Notes under the pieces: model-generated
The model's input: the letters and a program-made list of their open reading frames with translations, nothing else
Databases searched by the model: none
What the model was told of the DNA's origin: nothing
Translations under genes and position numbers: made by a program
DNA from: an uncultured Candidatus Saccharibacteria bacterium
GTDB lineage: Bacteria > Patescibacteriota > Minisyncoccia > Phycocordibacterales > UBA9973
NCBI GenBank assembly: GCA_964544225.1
Contig: CAZIZK010000004.1
Span: 883 to 64,882, forward strand
Length of the DNA: 64,000 bases
Direction: 5' to 3'
In this document: positions 27,260-37,791 of the stretch, in pieces
Layout: each line of letters starts with the position of its first letter
Numbering within the stretch: the first letter of the stretch is position 1

Positions 27260-29875
27260 TTACCTATATTTCATCTGTAATCTAAACACCCACTTTGCAA
27301 ACTCGACCAACAGTAGGTTAAAGATGCTCCACCCTACCACTAACCATAGCCATGATTTTGGCATTGGTGCTATGTCTAGAATATTCCTCATAAATGGTAC
27401 AGACATTGTAACAATGAGCAATACAATACCTGTAAAGATAGCTATATTTAATTTTCGATTTGCAAATGGATTATATGCAAATATTGGCTTGTGTAAACTT
27501 CTAAATGAAAAAGCGACAACCAATATATATACAGAGAAACATACAAAGAACACCGACCGTGCCACTTCCACCTGTACATTTAAACGTAATAGAAAGTAGT
27601 ATAGTAAAAATACCAGCAATGAACTAATAGTACCTATACCAAATGACAACGCCTTTACTTCTTTTGTTAGTAACTCTTTCTTTGAAGAACTCTTGCCTAG
27701 ACCTTTGTCTAGGTTTTCATCATATGCAAAGGCAAGTGCTGGCAAGCTACCAGTAAATAGATTTACCCATATTATTTGTAGGGCTGTAAGTGGTAGTGTT
27801 ATATTCATAATAAGGCTACCTCCTATTACAAATACTTCATCTAGTGAGTTGGACATCAGATATGTAAATGTCTTTCTGATATTTACCAATATACGCCTAC
27901 CTTCATCAATAGCCATACTTATAGTCTGGAAATTGTCATCCAACAATACAAGATCTGCGGCACTTTGTGCAACATCACTTCCAGAACCAAGTGATATGCC
28001 TATATCCATAGCTTTTAGTGCTGGAGCGTCATTGACACCGTCCCCTGTCATTCCTACGACTTCACCCAATTTGCGATACAACATTCCAATACGCAACTTG
28101 TCCTCGGGTGTAACACGAGCAAATATTTTTATCCTATTTATAACTTCCAAAAGTTGTATATCGGACATTGTGTGGATATCCTCACCAGTTAGCACCTCGT
28201 CATCGGCAATACTCCACCCGATACTACGTGCTACCGATATAGCAGTTCCCTTCAGATCACCTGTTATGATAACTACACGCACTCCATGTGACTCTATATT
28301 GGCAACAGCTTCCGGCACCTCCTCGCGTATAGGGTCAAAGAAAGATAGTATACCTTGGAATTTTATTTTCTCTATTGCATCTACTTTTATATCTGCAACA
28401 CTATTTTTGGGTAGAGTAGCTATAGCCACCAGTCTTTTACCATCATTACTTGCATTTTGAATCCAAGACATTATTTGGATATAAGTGTCCTTGTTCACAT
28501 CGGATCGTGCCAAGAGTATATCTGGAGCCCCCATAATTATTAGGCTATCTCCAGATACAGCTACTGAAAATTTATTAGTAGAGTTAAATGGTAAATTCAA
28601 AGAATTTTCTCTCAACACAATCTCTTGCAAGTTTATGCCATGCAAGACAGACGCTTTTGCAATATTAACTTCAAAGGGTCGCCCTGTAAATTTCCAATCT
28701 TTTTGATCATCATCTGGATTTTGTACTATTACATCAATATTCTTGAGTGACAACTTTAATATTTCTTTTTGTTCATCTGACAAGAAATTTATATTTTCTT
28801 CTGTATAATCTTGTTTTGCTAACGATTCAAATGAGTGCACCCCTGTTAATTGCATATCTGCCTTTGTCAGAGTTCCTGTTTTGTCGGTCATTATAAGTGT
28901 GGCCGAACCCAATGTTTCTGCTGCAGATAACTTACGAACGATACCCTTTTTCATTGCTATGCGCTCAGCACCTACGGACAATATAATAGTTAGTGCTATA
29001 GGCAACGATTCAGGCACTGCCCCTACTGCAACTGCTGCTGAAAGTATTAGCATTTCAAATATTGGTTCACCACGATATATACCGAGTGCAAATATACATA
29101 CTACAATAAGCATAACAATAAAGAATATGTACCAAGCCAGTCTGTTTACGCCCTTTTGTATTGGAGTGATCGCACGCTCTGTACTAGATACCAAGTCTGC
29201 TATCTTACCTATTTCGGTATTTATACCAGTAGCTACAACGACTGCAGTAGCAAACCCTTCAACAACAAGAGTTCCTGCATACACCATATTTATATGATCG
29301 GCTGTTATAGTATGCTCGGCAACTGTTTCAATTATCTTTGTTTCTGGAACCGACTCACCAGTCAGTATCGCCTCATCAACTTTAAAATTATTGACCGATA
29401 TAATACGTGCATCAGCTGGTACACGTGAGCCATATGAGAGCTTTATAATATCACCTGGTACAAGATATGAAGCATCTATCTCCTGTTCATTACCATTACG
29501 CAACACACGTGAGCGGTCCTTTATATATGTTGTCAATTTCTCTAAAGTATTTTCGGCTTGGTATTCACGGTAAAGCCCGAGGCCTACATTGATCAGTATT
29601 GCACCGATAATAACCGACATATTGACCCATTCATTCAGTATTCCAGTCAGGACTGATGCCGCCATCAATATAAATATAAGAGGACTTGCAAACTGTTTGA
29701 GAGCTAGCTTTGGTAAGCTTATACTGCCCTTACTTCTTAGGTTATTTGTTCCAAATAATTTTAATCGAGTTTGTACCTCTTTGTCTGACAATCCTTGTTC
29801 CGATGCTTGGAGCTCCTTCATAACATCATCAACAGTCAAGAACCAAGGGTTTTGTATCTTTATTTTTTCGTCCAT
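27260..29875 (-). CDS. cation-transporting P-type ATPase (P2-type, Ca2+/Mg2+-like)
   Basis: LIMTDKTGTLT phosphorylation motif, TGES, MTGDGVNDAPALKAMDIGISLG, 10 TM; 871 aa. Confidence 0.9.
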   Translation of the reverse strand: MDEKIKIQNPWFLTVDDVMKELQASEQGLSDKEVQTRLKLFGTNNLRSKGSISLPKLALKQFASPLIFILMAASVLTGILNEWVNMSVIIGAILINVGLGLYREYQAENTLEKLTTYIKDRSRVLRNGNEQEIDASYLVPGDIIKLSYGSRVPADARIISVNNFKVDEAILTGESVPETKIIETVAEHTITADHINMVYAGTLVVEGFATAVVVATGINTEIGKIADLVSSTERAITPIQKGVNRLAWYIFFIVMLIVVCIFALGIYRGEPIFEMLILSAAVAVGAVPESLPIALTIILSVGAERIAMKKGIVRKLSAAETLGSATLIMTDKTGTLTKADMQLTGVHSFESLAKQDYTEENINFLSDEQKEILKLSLKNIDVIVQNPDDDQKDWKFTGRPFEVNIAKASVLHGINLQEIVLRENSLNLPFNSTNKFSVAVSGDSLIIMGAPDILLARSDVNKDTYIQIMSWIQNASNDGKRLVAIATLPKNSVADIKVDAIEKIKFQGILSFFDPIREEVPEAVANIESHGVRVVIITGDLKGTAISVARSIGWSIADDEVLTGEDIHTMSDIQLLEVINRIKIFARVTPEDKLRIGMLYRKLGEVVGMTGDGVNDAPALKAMDIGISLGSGSDVAQSAADLVLLDDNFQTISMAIDEGRRILVNIRKTFTYLMSNSLDEVFVIGGSLIMNITLPLTALQIIWVNLFTGSLPALAFAYDENLDKGLGKSSSKKELLTKEVKALSFGIGTISSLLVFLLYYFLLRLNVQVEVARSVFFVCFSVYILVVAFSFRSLHKPIFAYNPFANRKLNIAIFTGIVLLIVTMSVPFMRNILDIAPMPKSWLWLVVGWSIFNLLLVEFAKWVFRLQMKYR

Positions 29876-30004
29876 ATTTTAATATTATACACTATAGTTA
29901 GTAATTTACTCGGGGCTATTGTGGACTGAGTTTGCATAGATAGGTGGGTTTTAAAATAAAAAAGCCGTACCAAAGTACGACTTTTTGTAAATATAAAGTT
30001 AATT

Positions 30005-30925
30005 TTATATCTTCTTTGGAAACAGGATAGATAAGACAATAGACGAAACAAGAGCAAACATTATAATACCCAGAGATAGTACAGAAGATAGGTGTATACC
30101 AAATATTCCAGCTACCATCTTGAGCCCTATAAATATCAGTATAAAAGCAAGGCCTTTCTGTAAATGATGGAACTTGTGCAAGACATTTTCAATCAGGAAG
30201 AACAATGCTCGCAAGCCCATAATAGCAAATATGTTGGATGTAAATACTACGAACATATTCTGAGAGATACTGAATACGGCTGGGATAGAGTCCACTGCAA
30301 AGATAATATCGGTAGCCTCTACCAGAAGAACGATCATAAATAGTGATGTAAAGTAAAATTTACCATTTTGCCTTACAAAGAACTTGCCACCATGATGAGA
30401 GTCGGTAAATGGCAGTATCTTGTGTGCAAATTTTACAACCTTGTTTTTCTTGAAGTCGATATGTTCCTCTTTCTTATTACTTAGCAATTTGATACCAGTA
30501 TATAGCAACAATGCGCCGAATACGTACAATATCCAGTGGAACTGGCTGATCACATACGCCCCTACTCCTATGAACAATGCGCGGAATATTATCGCCCCGA
30601 TAATACCCCAAAACAGGGCTTTGTGATGATACTTCTCCTCCAAGTTAAAGTAGCTAAATATCAGCAATATAACGAACAAGTTGTCTACTGACAACATCTT
30701 TTCAGTTATATATGCACTGAAGAATTCAACACCAGTATTCTTGTCTATAAAGAAGAATATGAGTGCCCCAAAAACCAAGGATATCCCTATCCAAAATAGT
30801 GACTGGTAAAGTGCAGGCTTGAACGCTATCTTGTGGCTCTTTTTATTAAAGAATCCGAGGTCAGCAACCAGGAACCCTACAACAATAACGCCAAATAATA
30901 CCCAGAGACTCGTTTGTGCTTCCAT
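30005..30925 (-). CDS. TerC family integral membrane protein
   Basis: MLSVDNLFVILLIF and downstream hydrophobic repeats. Confidence 0.7.
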   Translation of the reverse strand: MEAQTSLWVLFGVIVVGFLVADLGFFNKKSHKIAFKPALYQSLFWIGISLVFGALIFFFIDKNTGVEFFSAYITEKMLSVDNLFVILLIFSYFNLEEKYHHKALFWGIIGAIIFRALFIGVGAYVISQFHWILYVFGALLLYTGIKLLSNKKEEHIDFKKNKVVKFAHKILPFTDSHHGGKFFVRQNGKFYFTSLFMIVLLVEATDIIFAVDSIPAVFSISQNMFVVFTSNIFAIMGLRALFFLIENVLHKFHHLQKGLAFILIFIGLKMVAGIFGIHLSSVLSLGIIMFALVSSIVLSILFPKKI

Positions 30926-31028
30926 ATAATGTTTATAATATATTATTTAATATAGATTATATACTAACAGATAATTAAAATAAACCAAAACTCATTCTAA
31001 TATGGTTTGTTGTCTCGACAATAATATA

Positions 31029-31826
31029 TTAAATCTTTAATGTTGCTATAAATCCTTTATGATCACTCACCCCTTCGAGGACCTCAAAACTTTCTACCAC
31101 CACATCAGAGCTGGTCATTATAGTATCTACCATTAGTTGCAAGTTTGGATTTCTGTGTAATTTTGGATCAATACTAGAAATTAAATCTTTCGGAACAATA
31201 TCTATCAATTCTTCGGCCAAAGCATCATATATTTGTTCCCCGCGTGGATTATTTAAATCTGAAGTGAAAATAATAGGATTATTTATCCCCTTAATTAAAG
31301 CAAGCATTCTGTCAAAATACCCAGATAATATTAGAAATTCTTTTACATATTCAGGATCTTTTTGAAAATGATTCTCCTCCCCTGGTAAATTATGATCGAT
31401 GACAGGAAAATGTGCAGTACAGATATTTACATTTTTAGTACCAACTTGAACATTTATTACAACAAGTGGTGCAAAAAAGCTGAATCTTTCTTTTAATCTT
31501 TTACCGTATGTTGAATCTAAATATTCTTTATTAAAAATGGGTAGTTCTTCTAATCCATTACCATCATAACGCAATATATCTTTTGAATTAATTTTTAGCC
31601 TTGAAAGGATCGCTGGACCCTCTTTGTCGATCAAATCACCATCTTTTATACCCAGCATTGGCGCAAAAATTAATTCATACCCTGCATCTTTTGCCAACTT
31701 TTCTATCTCATTTTGCATAGCTTCCTCGAAGCATGCGATGTCTGGCTGAATTTCTTGTAGCAACTTTCGGACTGCGTCGAGATGTTTATTACCTTCTATA
31801 TTTAAATGTAGAATTTTTAAACTCAT
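31029..31826 (-). CDS. endonuclease/exonuclease/phosphatase (EEP) family protein
   Basis: MSLKILHLNIEG, CFEEA, TAHF, SDHKG catalytic motifs. Confidence 0.65.
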   Translation of the reverse strand: MSLKILHLNIEGNKHLDAVRKLLQEIQPDIACFEEAMQNEIEKLAKDAGYELIFAPMLGIKDGDLIDKEGPAILSRLKINSKDILRYDGNGLEELPIFNKEYLDSTYGKRLKERFSFFAPLVVINVQVGTKNVNICTAHFPVIDHNLPGEENHFQKDPEYVKEFLILSGYFDRMLALIKGINNPIIFTSDLNNPRGEQIYDALAEELIDIVPKDLISSIDPKLHRNPNLQLMVDTIMTSSDVVVESFEVLEGVSDHKGFIATLKI

Positions 31827-31855
31827 TAATATTGATATTCTATCATATTCTTTAG

Positions 31856-32077
31856 TTAAGTATGTATAGTCAGTAACTTACTCGGGCTATGGTGGCCATT
31901 GAATATCTTTACCTTGTTTATAGGTACTTTGTACAGTTCAGCTACTATCTCAATTACTTTCTTATTGGCCATGTTCCTTTCCGCCTTCTCCTTTATCTTT
32001 ATTTCATACCTATTGTCCCCTACTTCTTTTACAGATTCGGTTCTGGCCCCTGCTGTTACTTTTACCTTTACATACAT
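31856..32077 (-). CDS. DUF167 (YggU/UPF0235) family protein
   Basis: MYVKVKVTAGARTESV...ANKKVIEIVAELYKVPINKVKIFNGHHSPSKLLTI. Confidence 0.55.
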   Translation of the reverse strand: MYVKVKVTAGARTESVKEVGDNRYEIKIKEKAERNMANKKVIEIVAELYKVPINKVKIFNGHHSPSKLLTIHT

Positions 32078-32079
32078 AA

Positions 32080-32628
32080 TTATTTAAAGATTACTGAGCC
32101 ACTGTCATACTTCAACAGCAATACCATCTCGCCTTTTGATGTGAACATGAATCCGTCTGTCTGATCCAACATTTTACTAAACTCCTGTTCTTGGGAACCT
32201 TCGCAATACATCAGTGTTGACATCATCTTCGTAAGAGTTATTTTATTATCCACCACCTTATACTCGCCACCCACACCATTACAGTCAGTAGTAGCCGAGA
32301 AGGTCTTGTCCTTCTTGAAAGTTATAGTAAACTTCTTTGCTACCTTTGGTGTTACCACCTTGCCATCACTATATATTGTATTGATCCATGTCCAGGTCTG
32401 CATAGATAACGTCATACGTGCAGGGTCGGCCTCGCCTTCGAAGTCTTTTACTATTATAGGCTCGGGTTCTTTTGTTACATTTTTAATACCAACATTTTCT
32501 TCTACCTCTCCAACCTGAATATTTTGATTCTCTGACAGAGTATCGGTTTGATTAAAGTTCGTCTTATAAATACCAAAGCCAATAATTATCAGAGCCACAA
32601 TTCCTAAAGATATGTATGTTTTTTTCAT
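32080..32628 (-). CDS. META/HslJ-like domain protein (membrane-anchored)
   Basis: N-terminal TM. ...KKFTITFKKDKTFSATTDCNGVGGEYKVVDNKITLTKMMSTLMYCEG META-domain pattern. Confidence 0.6.
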   Translation of the reverse strand: MKKTYISLGIVALIIIGFGIYKTNFNQTDTLSENQNIQVGEVEENVGIKNVTKEPEPIIVKDFEGEADPARMTLSMQTWTWINTIYSDGKVVTPKVAKKFTITFKKDKTFSATTDCNGVGGEYKVVDNKITLTKMMSTLMYCEGSQEQEFSKMLDQTDGFMFTSKGEMVLLLKYDSGSVIFK

Positions 32629-32708
32629 ATACTAAGTATACACTATGTAAAATAAAAAAATAACTACACTTGTGGTGTAGCTATTTATCAAAATTTATTT
32701 GTTTTATC

Positions 32709-33086
32709 CTATTCCAAATAAGACTTGAGCAGATCAATCTCTGCTTGTGGTAATTTGTGGATAGGTCCATCGCCGAAAATGAAGTGGTCTTTATTGTAAA
32801 AGAAATCTACCGGATAACCTAGGGATTTTATATCTTTTAAAAATCCAGGAGATACCGACATTGCCACAATTTTTGCATTAGGATTTGTTCTCTTTACCCA
32901 GCTTAGATCCATATCTCCGTCCAATATTACTTGTCCAGAAATAAAATAGAGGTCAAAGTAAGATAGTGGTAAGATTTCTGTATTTTCACCACTGAACACT
33001 TTGACTTCGTCACCATAGACCCCCTTTAAGATATCTACAATTTGCTCTGTGTAGAAGCTATCTTTTACGAAAACTCTTTTTGTCAT
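32709..33086 (-). CDS. hypothetical protein
   Basis: 125 aa ORF, no motif. Confidence 0.35.
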   Translation of the reverse strand: MTKRVFVKDSFYTEQIVDILKGVYGDEVKVFSGENTEILPLSYFDLYFISGQVILDGDMDLSWVKRTNPNAKIVAMSVSPGFLKDIKSLGYPVDFFYNKDHFIFGDGPIHKLPQAEIDLLKSYLE

Positions 33087-33206
33087 AATAATAGGTTTTA
33101 TTTGTTTCTTTCACATTACCTTATTTGAAGAATAAGTCAAATTGAACATATACGAACCTATTTACAAATAGGTATAAATGTATTATAATAAAAGAAAAAA
33201 ATAATA

Positions 33207-33611
33207 ATGACACGTAATTTTATACCTAAAAACCGTGGGATCGTTGTTTTAAAACGACACCTACCAATGATAACAATACCTGCTATGATAGGAATTGTTA
33301 TTGTATTATTGTGGAGATTTATAATATTTCCTTTGGATTGGAATTTTACAAATCTTTCTGACCCAGTGCTATTTATTGCCCTACCTCTTGCTTGCTTAAT
33401 ATATGTGCTTTTTGCAACTATCGCAATTAGTTCTGTATTTCAGCAATACAAAGAGGTTTCAAAAAGTGTTATATTGTTGTTGGAATTGTCAACCGGGTCT
33501 TTTGTGCAAGATGCAAGAAACGAAATAAACGCTGCACATGAGAACAGCATGATGGTGAGGGTGATTTTTTTGTTCATTTTTATTTTTGTTAGTGTTAATT
33601 TTATCTTTTAG
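33207..33611 (+). CDS. hypothetical small membrane protein (uncertain)
   Basis: 134 aa, 3 hydrophobic segments, AT-rich codon usage; overlaps the next minus-strand gene. Confidence 0.25.
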   Translation: MTRNFIPKNRGIVVLKRHLPMITIPAMIGIVIVLLWRFIIFPLDWNFTNLSDPVLFIALPLACLIYVLFATIAISSVFQQYKEVSKSVILLLELSTGSFVQDARNEINAAHENSMMVRVIFLFIFIFVSVNFIF

Positions 33612-34542
33612 GGTTGCTTTGTCTGTTTTCGCTGATGGTAACAACCCCCCGATCGGTTTCTTTTTTGGTTCGTACCAAAGAACCTTCTTGATCATATTCA
33701 TACAAGGTTGCGTAATTGTTTTCATCAAGAACAGCAGTCAGTTTAAGGCTCACAGGATCATATATATAGCTTTTCATACTCCCGTTTACTGGGTATATGC
33801 GAATGTCATCAAAATAAGCTGTTCCACTTCCACTAAGCAATTCCACAGTAATATCGGTGGCACCAGAAGGAATTGTAAATTCTTCGTATATGCGCTGCCA
33901 GCCTTCAATAATCTTACCTTTACCATAGTAGGGCGCAGGGTCGGTAACTGGGCCAGTGTAATCTATTTGTATTGTTGCATTATAATACCCCGTCGCTGTA
34001 TCAGGTGCACTTGCCTCTTTTATCCATGCACTGATGGCATAGGTAGCACCAATATCAGGGACAAACCCACCTATACAATTTTCGCAATCAAATGTAGGCA
34101 TAAAACACGGGGCAGGTGCTTCAATTTCCTCGGTTTGGATGCATAGGGCTCTTGCCGTACTTATATAATCATCTGCATACAAACTTATTGTTATAGTGTG
34201 CATAAGCCCGTCAGCAGGTAAATTATTTAAACGGAATGTAAACGTAGCAATAATGGTGTGACCTATATATTCACTTAAGTCCACAGGCATGGTATCCCAG
34301 TCCATGAATTTAATGCCACTTTCAGGTTCTACATATTGGAATTTAGAACTTCCATAAATTGGATCTTTATTGTCTGCATATACACGGTACCGGTGTGTGA
34401 GGTACTTCCTGTTACTGACGTTCCATGTGGTCTGTAAGCGCAGAGCATCAGAAATAATTAGATTTACTCGACCTAACGAGACACAAAGACATACGGCTAT
34501 AAAAGAACCTTTAGGTGGAATTATTAAAGCTGCAATTAACAC
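33601..34542 (-). CDS. beta-sandwich (carbohydrate-binding-like) domain protein ending in a YD (RHS-type) repeat; possibly a truncated remnant
   Basis: GKGKIIEGWQRIYEEFTIPSGATDITVELLSGSGTAYFDDIRIYP then SYIYDPVSLKLTAVLDENNYATLYEYDQEGSLVRTKKETDRG (Y-x-YD-x-x-G-x-L). No signal peptide. The N-terminal 60 codons overlap a plus-strand ORF, so the true start is probably internal (MDWDTMP...). Confidence 0.35.
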   Translation of the reverse strand: MLIAALIIPPKGSFIAVCLCVSLGRVNLIISDALRLQTTWNVSNRKYLTHRYRVYADNKDPIYGSSKFQYVEPESGIKFMDWDTMPVDLSEYIGHTIIATFTFRLNNLPADGLMHTITISLYADDYISTARALCIQTEEIEAPAPCFMPTFDCENCIGGFVPDIGATYAISAWIKEASAPDTATGYYNATIQIDYTGPVTDPAPYYGKGKIIEGWQRIYEEFTIPSGATDITVELLSGSGTAYFDDIRIYPVNGSMKSYIYDPVSLKLTAVLDENNYATLYEYDQEGSLVRTKKETDRGVVTISENRQSNPKR

Positions 34543-34671
34543 ATTTAAACAGCTGAATGAAAATAATATAACACCTGGGAAATCTTTTGATTGGTGGGAG
34601 TTACTTGGAGAAACAGCAAAAGGGGCTGCGATAGGAGGAGGTGCAGGACTTGTGTTGGGTGCAGTTGAGGA

Positions 34672-35988
34672 TTATGAAAATTCACAGCAAAATCCTATAA
34701 ATACTGATGCTTTTTTATTTGCAGTAATAAATGATATAAGGTTAGATAAAAATGACCCTGAATTTAAATGGTTGGATAATAAAGCACACCGATTACCCTT
34801 ACTTCGTAAAGAATAAATTGAATAATCTCCTTTATAAAACTGTAGGTCTTGACTGCTCCTCTTATATTTTTCAATTAAGTTAGAATCTTCAATGTATCTT
34901 TGTTCTTGGGTAAAAAATTCATAAAAATGTGTCCTACTACTGTTTATATCTTTTCTTTTAAAAAGATTATTTACGACGTATTCATCTTTTAAATCAGATG
35001 GCTTATATTTTTTATTTGTAAGAAATTTATCCTTAATGTTACTTACTAAATTAGGATCTTGAATTGTTTCAATTTGGTAAAGGATCATTCGGCCAGCTAC
35101 AGGCATGTGGTTAAATGCTGGATTTGTTCCAGCATAAATTCCTTTTAAATATTTATCTGTTTGAACTTTTCTTTTACTTATGTCAAATACAAATAAAAAC
35201 TCATCTTTCTTATTTTGTGGTGGATTAAAGTATAGTGAAATAGAGTCTTGATTATTTCTTTTAATTTTACCATCATAATAATTATTTTCAGATTTATTGG
35301 AATTTTCAATTCCCGTTGTGCGCATGAATACATGTTTGTCGGTATTAATTAATAGGTAAAGCCGAGAAATGCTACCACTTTTAGCTTCTTCTTTTGGTCT
35401 AATAAAATACCCTTCATATATGCCATAAAAATGTGGTGGTATTTCGAGATTATTGATAGGCTGATTATCGGTGTTATTTTCTTGATTATTTGGACTCTTC
35501 TGAGCACTAGTTTCCTTTTGATTATTTAGTTCTAATTGTGCACTTTTTAGAGGATCTTCTAGAGAATTTATAAAATCTCTAAAAGCCTTCATAATATCTT
35601 TAACTTGGCAAATTTCACTAAAAATAATATATGCATTGACATAATGTTCTGGTATTGTATGATTGTTTCTGTTATTATATGGATTGCCTTTTTTGGAACG
35701 AATTGGTTTGATATTGTCGGAATATTGTTTGTGGTTGAAGACTATTTTGTCAGTTTGCTTGTCAAATCTTAAGTCCTGATCTAAATAGGCTTTTACATTT
35801 GTATCTTCTTGCATTTTTTTACTAAGAGAATTTGAGCCATAATTTCCGTAAATGTCTGTATCCTTATAATCTGTTGCTAAAAGTCCAGTTATTTTTTCCC
35901 ATTTTTTAATTACGGCAATATGTATAAATTCAGCAACTTTGGGATGAAGTTTTATCTGTAAACTTTTTAACTTTTTACTTGCACTCAT
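34672..35988 (-). CDS. hypothetical Asn/Lys-rich protein (orphan, AT-rich)
   Basis: 438 aa intact ORF, strongly AT-skewed codons, no recognisable motif. Confidence 0.4.
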   Translation of the reverse strand: MSASKKLKSLQIKLHPKVAEFIHIAVIKKWEKITGLLATDYKDTDIYGNYGSNSLSKKMQEDTNVKAYLDQDLRFDKQTDKIVFNHKQYSDNIKPIRSKKGNPYNNRNNHTIPEHYVNAYIIFSEICQVKDIMKAFRDFINSLEDPLKSAQLELNNQKETSAQKSPNNQENNTDNQPINNLEIPPHFYGIYEGYFIRPKEEAKSGSISRLYLLINTDKHVFMRTTGIENSNKSENNYYDGKIKRNNQDSISLYFNPPQNKKDEFLFVFDISKRKVQTDKYLKGIYAGTNPAFNHMPVAGRMILYQIETIQDPNLVSNIKDKFLTNKKYKPSDLKDEYVVNNLFKRKDINSSRTHFYEFFTQEQRYIEDSNLIEKYKRSSQDLQFYKGDYSIYSLRSKGNRCALLSNHLNSGSFLSNLISFITANKKASVFIGFCCEFS

Positions 35989-37363
35989 ATTGTACTAAAT
36001 AAATCTTTAAAATATCCTCAATATTTTTTAAAGATATTTTGAGGATTAATACTGCGAGATTAAGTAATCTTTAAGAAATAAAATAAGGAGAAGAACTTTT
36101 GTGAATAAGTTGTATATAATTGTTATTTGAGGTAAATCTTCTATAGCTTTGTATCATGCGCAATAACATTCATATATTAAGAGTTTTGCAAATCTTCAAA
36201 ATTGGATGTGATCAAATAATATTTTCAAAGTTATCCGTGAGTTTTTTTATTCATGCTACTGGCTTTCAAAGGTACACAGATTATGTATCGTTCATTAATT
36301 TCGATTTTGCCTTAACATTAGGCAGATTTACAAATAATTCTGGCAGATCTCCACCATAAAAAATGGGCATAGACTTGGTTAAAAGGCTACACCCACTTAA
36401 AATTTTTAATTATCCCAGTAAGGATTATTGATTTTAAGAACAAATGTTATAAATGTTCATCTAATATCATAGCATTTTTGGATTTATTTTTACAAGTTTT
36501 TTGCCCAAAAGTCGCGTATTGTTAGCTATAATGCAACAGTGTGGCGGGTTTGTCAATTTTATTTCCCAGAAAAATTGATGTGATTCTGTACTACTTATTA
36601 ACAAGTTAATAGATACGACATGACAAACATTTACATCAAATTCTTGTTCGCTTTTGTAGCTATCTTTCCCACGGCAAGTCACCTGGAGGTAATTTGCAAG
36701 AGTTTCTCGGAAAACATTATTGAACTATGTGCTCTTTCATTACTTTTTATTGTAATTCTAATATTTATAATATTCTATCAAGTTGGATATTATAAATGTG
36801 GTAAGGACTTAAAAATGAGATATCATATAATTCACTGGTTTATTTTCCTTTTATCAATATTTTCTTTAAAGTATATTTGTAAAAACCAATAATGAAGATA
36901 AATAAGATTTATTACTTTCAGGAATGTCTTAACATAATTAATAGAATTTCTCACACAATAGCGGCGGTTTGAAAGATATAGCATCTGTTTTACCGAGGGT
37001 TTGTGCTTCTGATTTTCCTTGCAAATGGTTAGATGCAATGTGCCCATCCAACTCTGGGATGGAGAAGGATGGGATTTGATATTCTTTAAGTTGGTTTTTC
37101 ATGTTATTTTCTGGTTTTAAGTTTGTTTAAATAGTTACGGCAGCCTTCCATTTGTAAATCGTCCATATTGGGGTGAATCCAAGATAATTCATCAATAATC
37201 ACTGAAATTATTAACGGATTACGGAGTGATTTTCGACCACCAAAGGCCGAAATCAGGCGTTTTAAATTTGAAATAAACGGGGTAATCTTTTTGTTTTTCA
37301 TGGCATTTGTTTTAGGTTAACAAATGCCCCAAACGAGTCTAGATAGCCTAGTAACTCAGGGTA

Positions 37364-37391
37364 TTGACATTATATCCCTTTTGTGTATAAT
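37364..37391 (+). promoter_or_regulatory. near-consensus sigma70 promoter TTGACA-16-TATAAT with no ORF downstream
   Basis: gtaTTGACAttatatcccttttgtgTATAATgta. Confidence 0.55.
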
Positions 37392-37397
37392 GTATCT

Positions 37398-37509
37398 GAG
37401 TTTGAGTTCTTTACAAGCAATTTGGGTTGTTTTCCGACGTAGCCAGATTGCATTGTTTTTCAATCTCTTTTAAGGCTCCCATGACTTCTGTCATGGGGCT
37501 TTTATTTTG
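37398..37509 (+). ncRNA. candidate small RNA (about 110 nt) from promoter 37364 to intrinsic terminator 37474-37509
   Basis: No ORF >25 codons. Terminator aaGGCTCCCATGACttctgTCATGGGGCttttatttt (11-bp stem with one G-U). Confidence 0.4.
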
Positions 37510-37791
37510 GCTTTTGTGCCTCATTTAAAGGTTGAAAATTTGGCTTTCCTTGGGCCGTTACTTTAGACACTTTTCTGCATTCCGCAGAAAGGTCAAGGGG
37601 CTGTTTTGAGTTAATTTTTCTGTAATTCATACAGACAAATCTCCATCATGACTTCTAATAACATCCACCAGTAGAATGACCATTTCCTCCAACAATTCCT
37701 CCATTATTTGAATTAATTAGTAATTTTATTGCTAAAACTTGGACTGAAAAGTATTTTTATCCTACTTTGCAAGAAAAATAAATCTAAAGCC

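Noticed and set aside
34370-34816. 148-aa plus-strand ORF with a glycine-zipper segment (GAAIGGGAGLVLGAV) overlapping the N-terminus of the YD-repeat gene
   Set aside because: Its only ATG start lies deep inside the opposing ORF, and most of its N-terminal half is low-complexity. It cannot be excluded that the C-terminal half is a real small membrane peptide, but the evidence is insufficient to call it.
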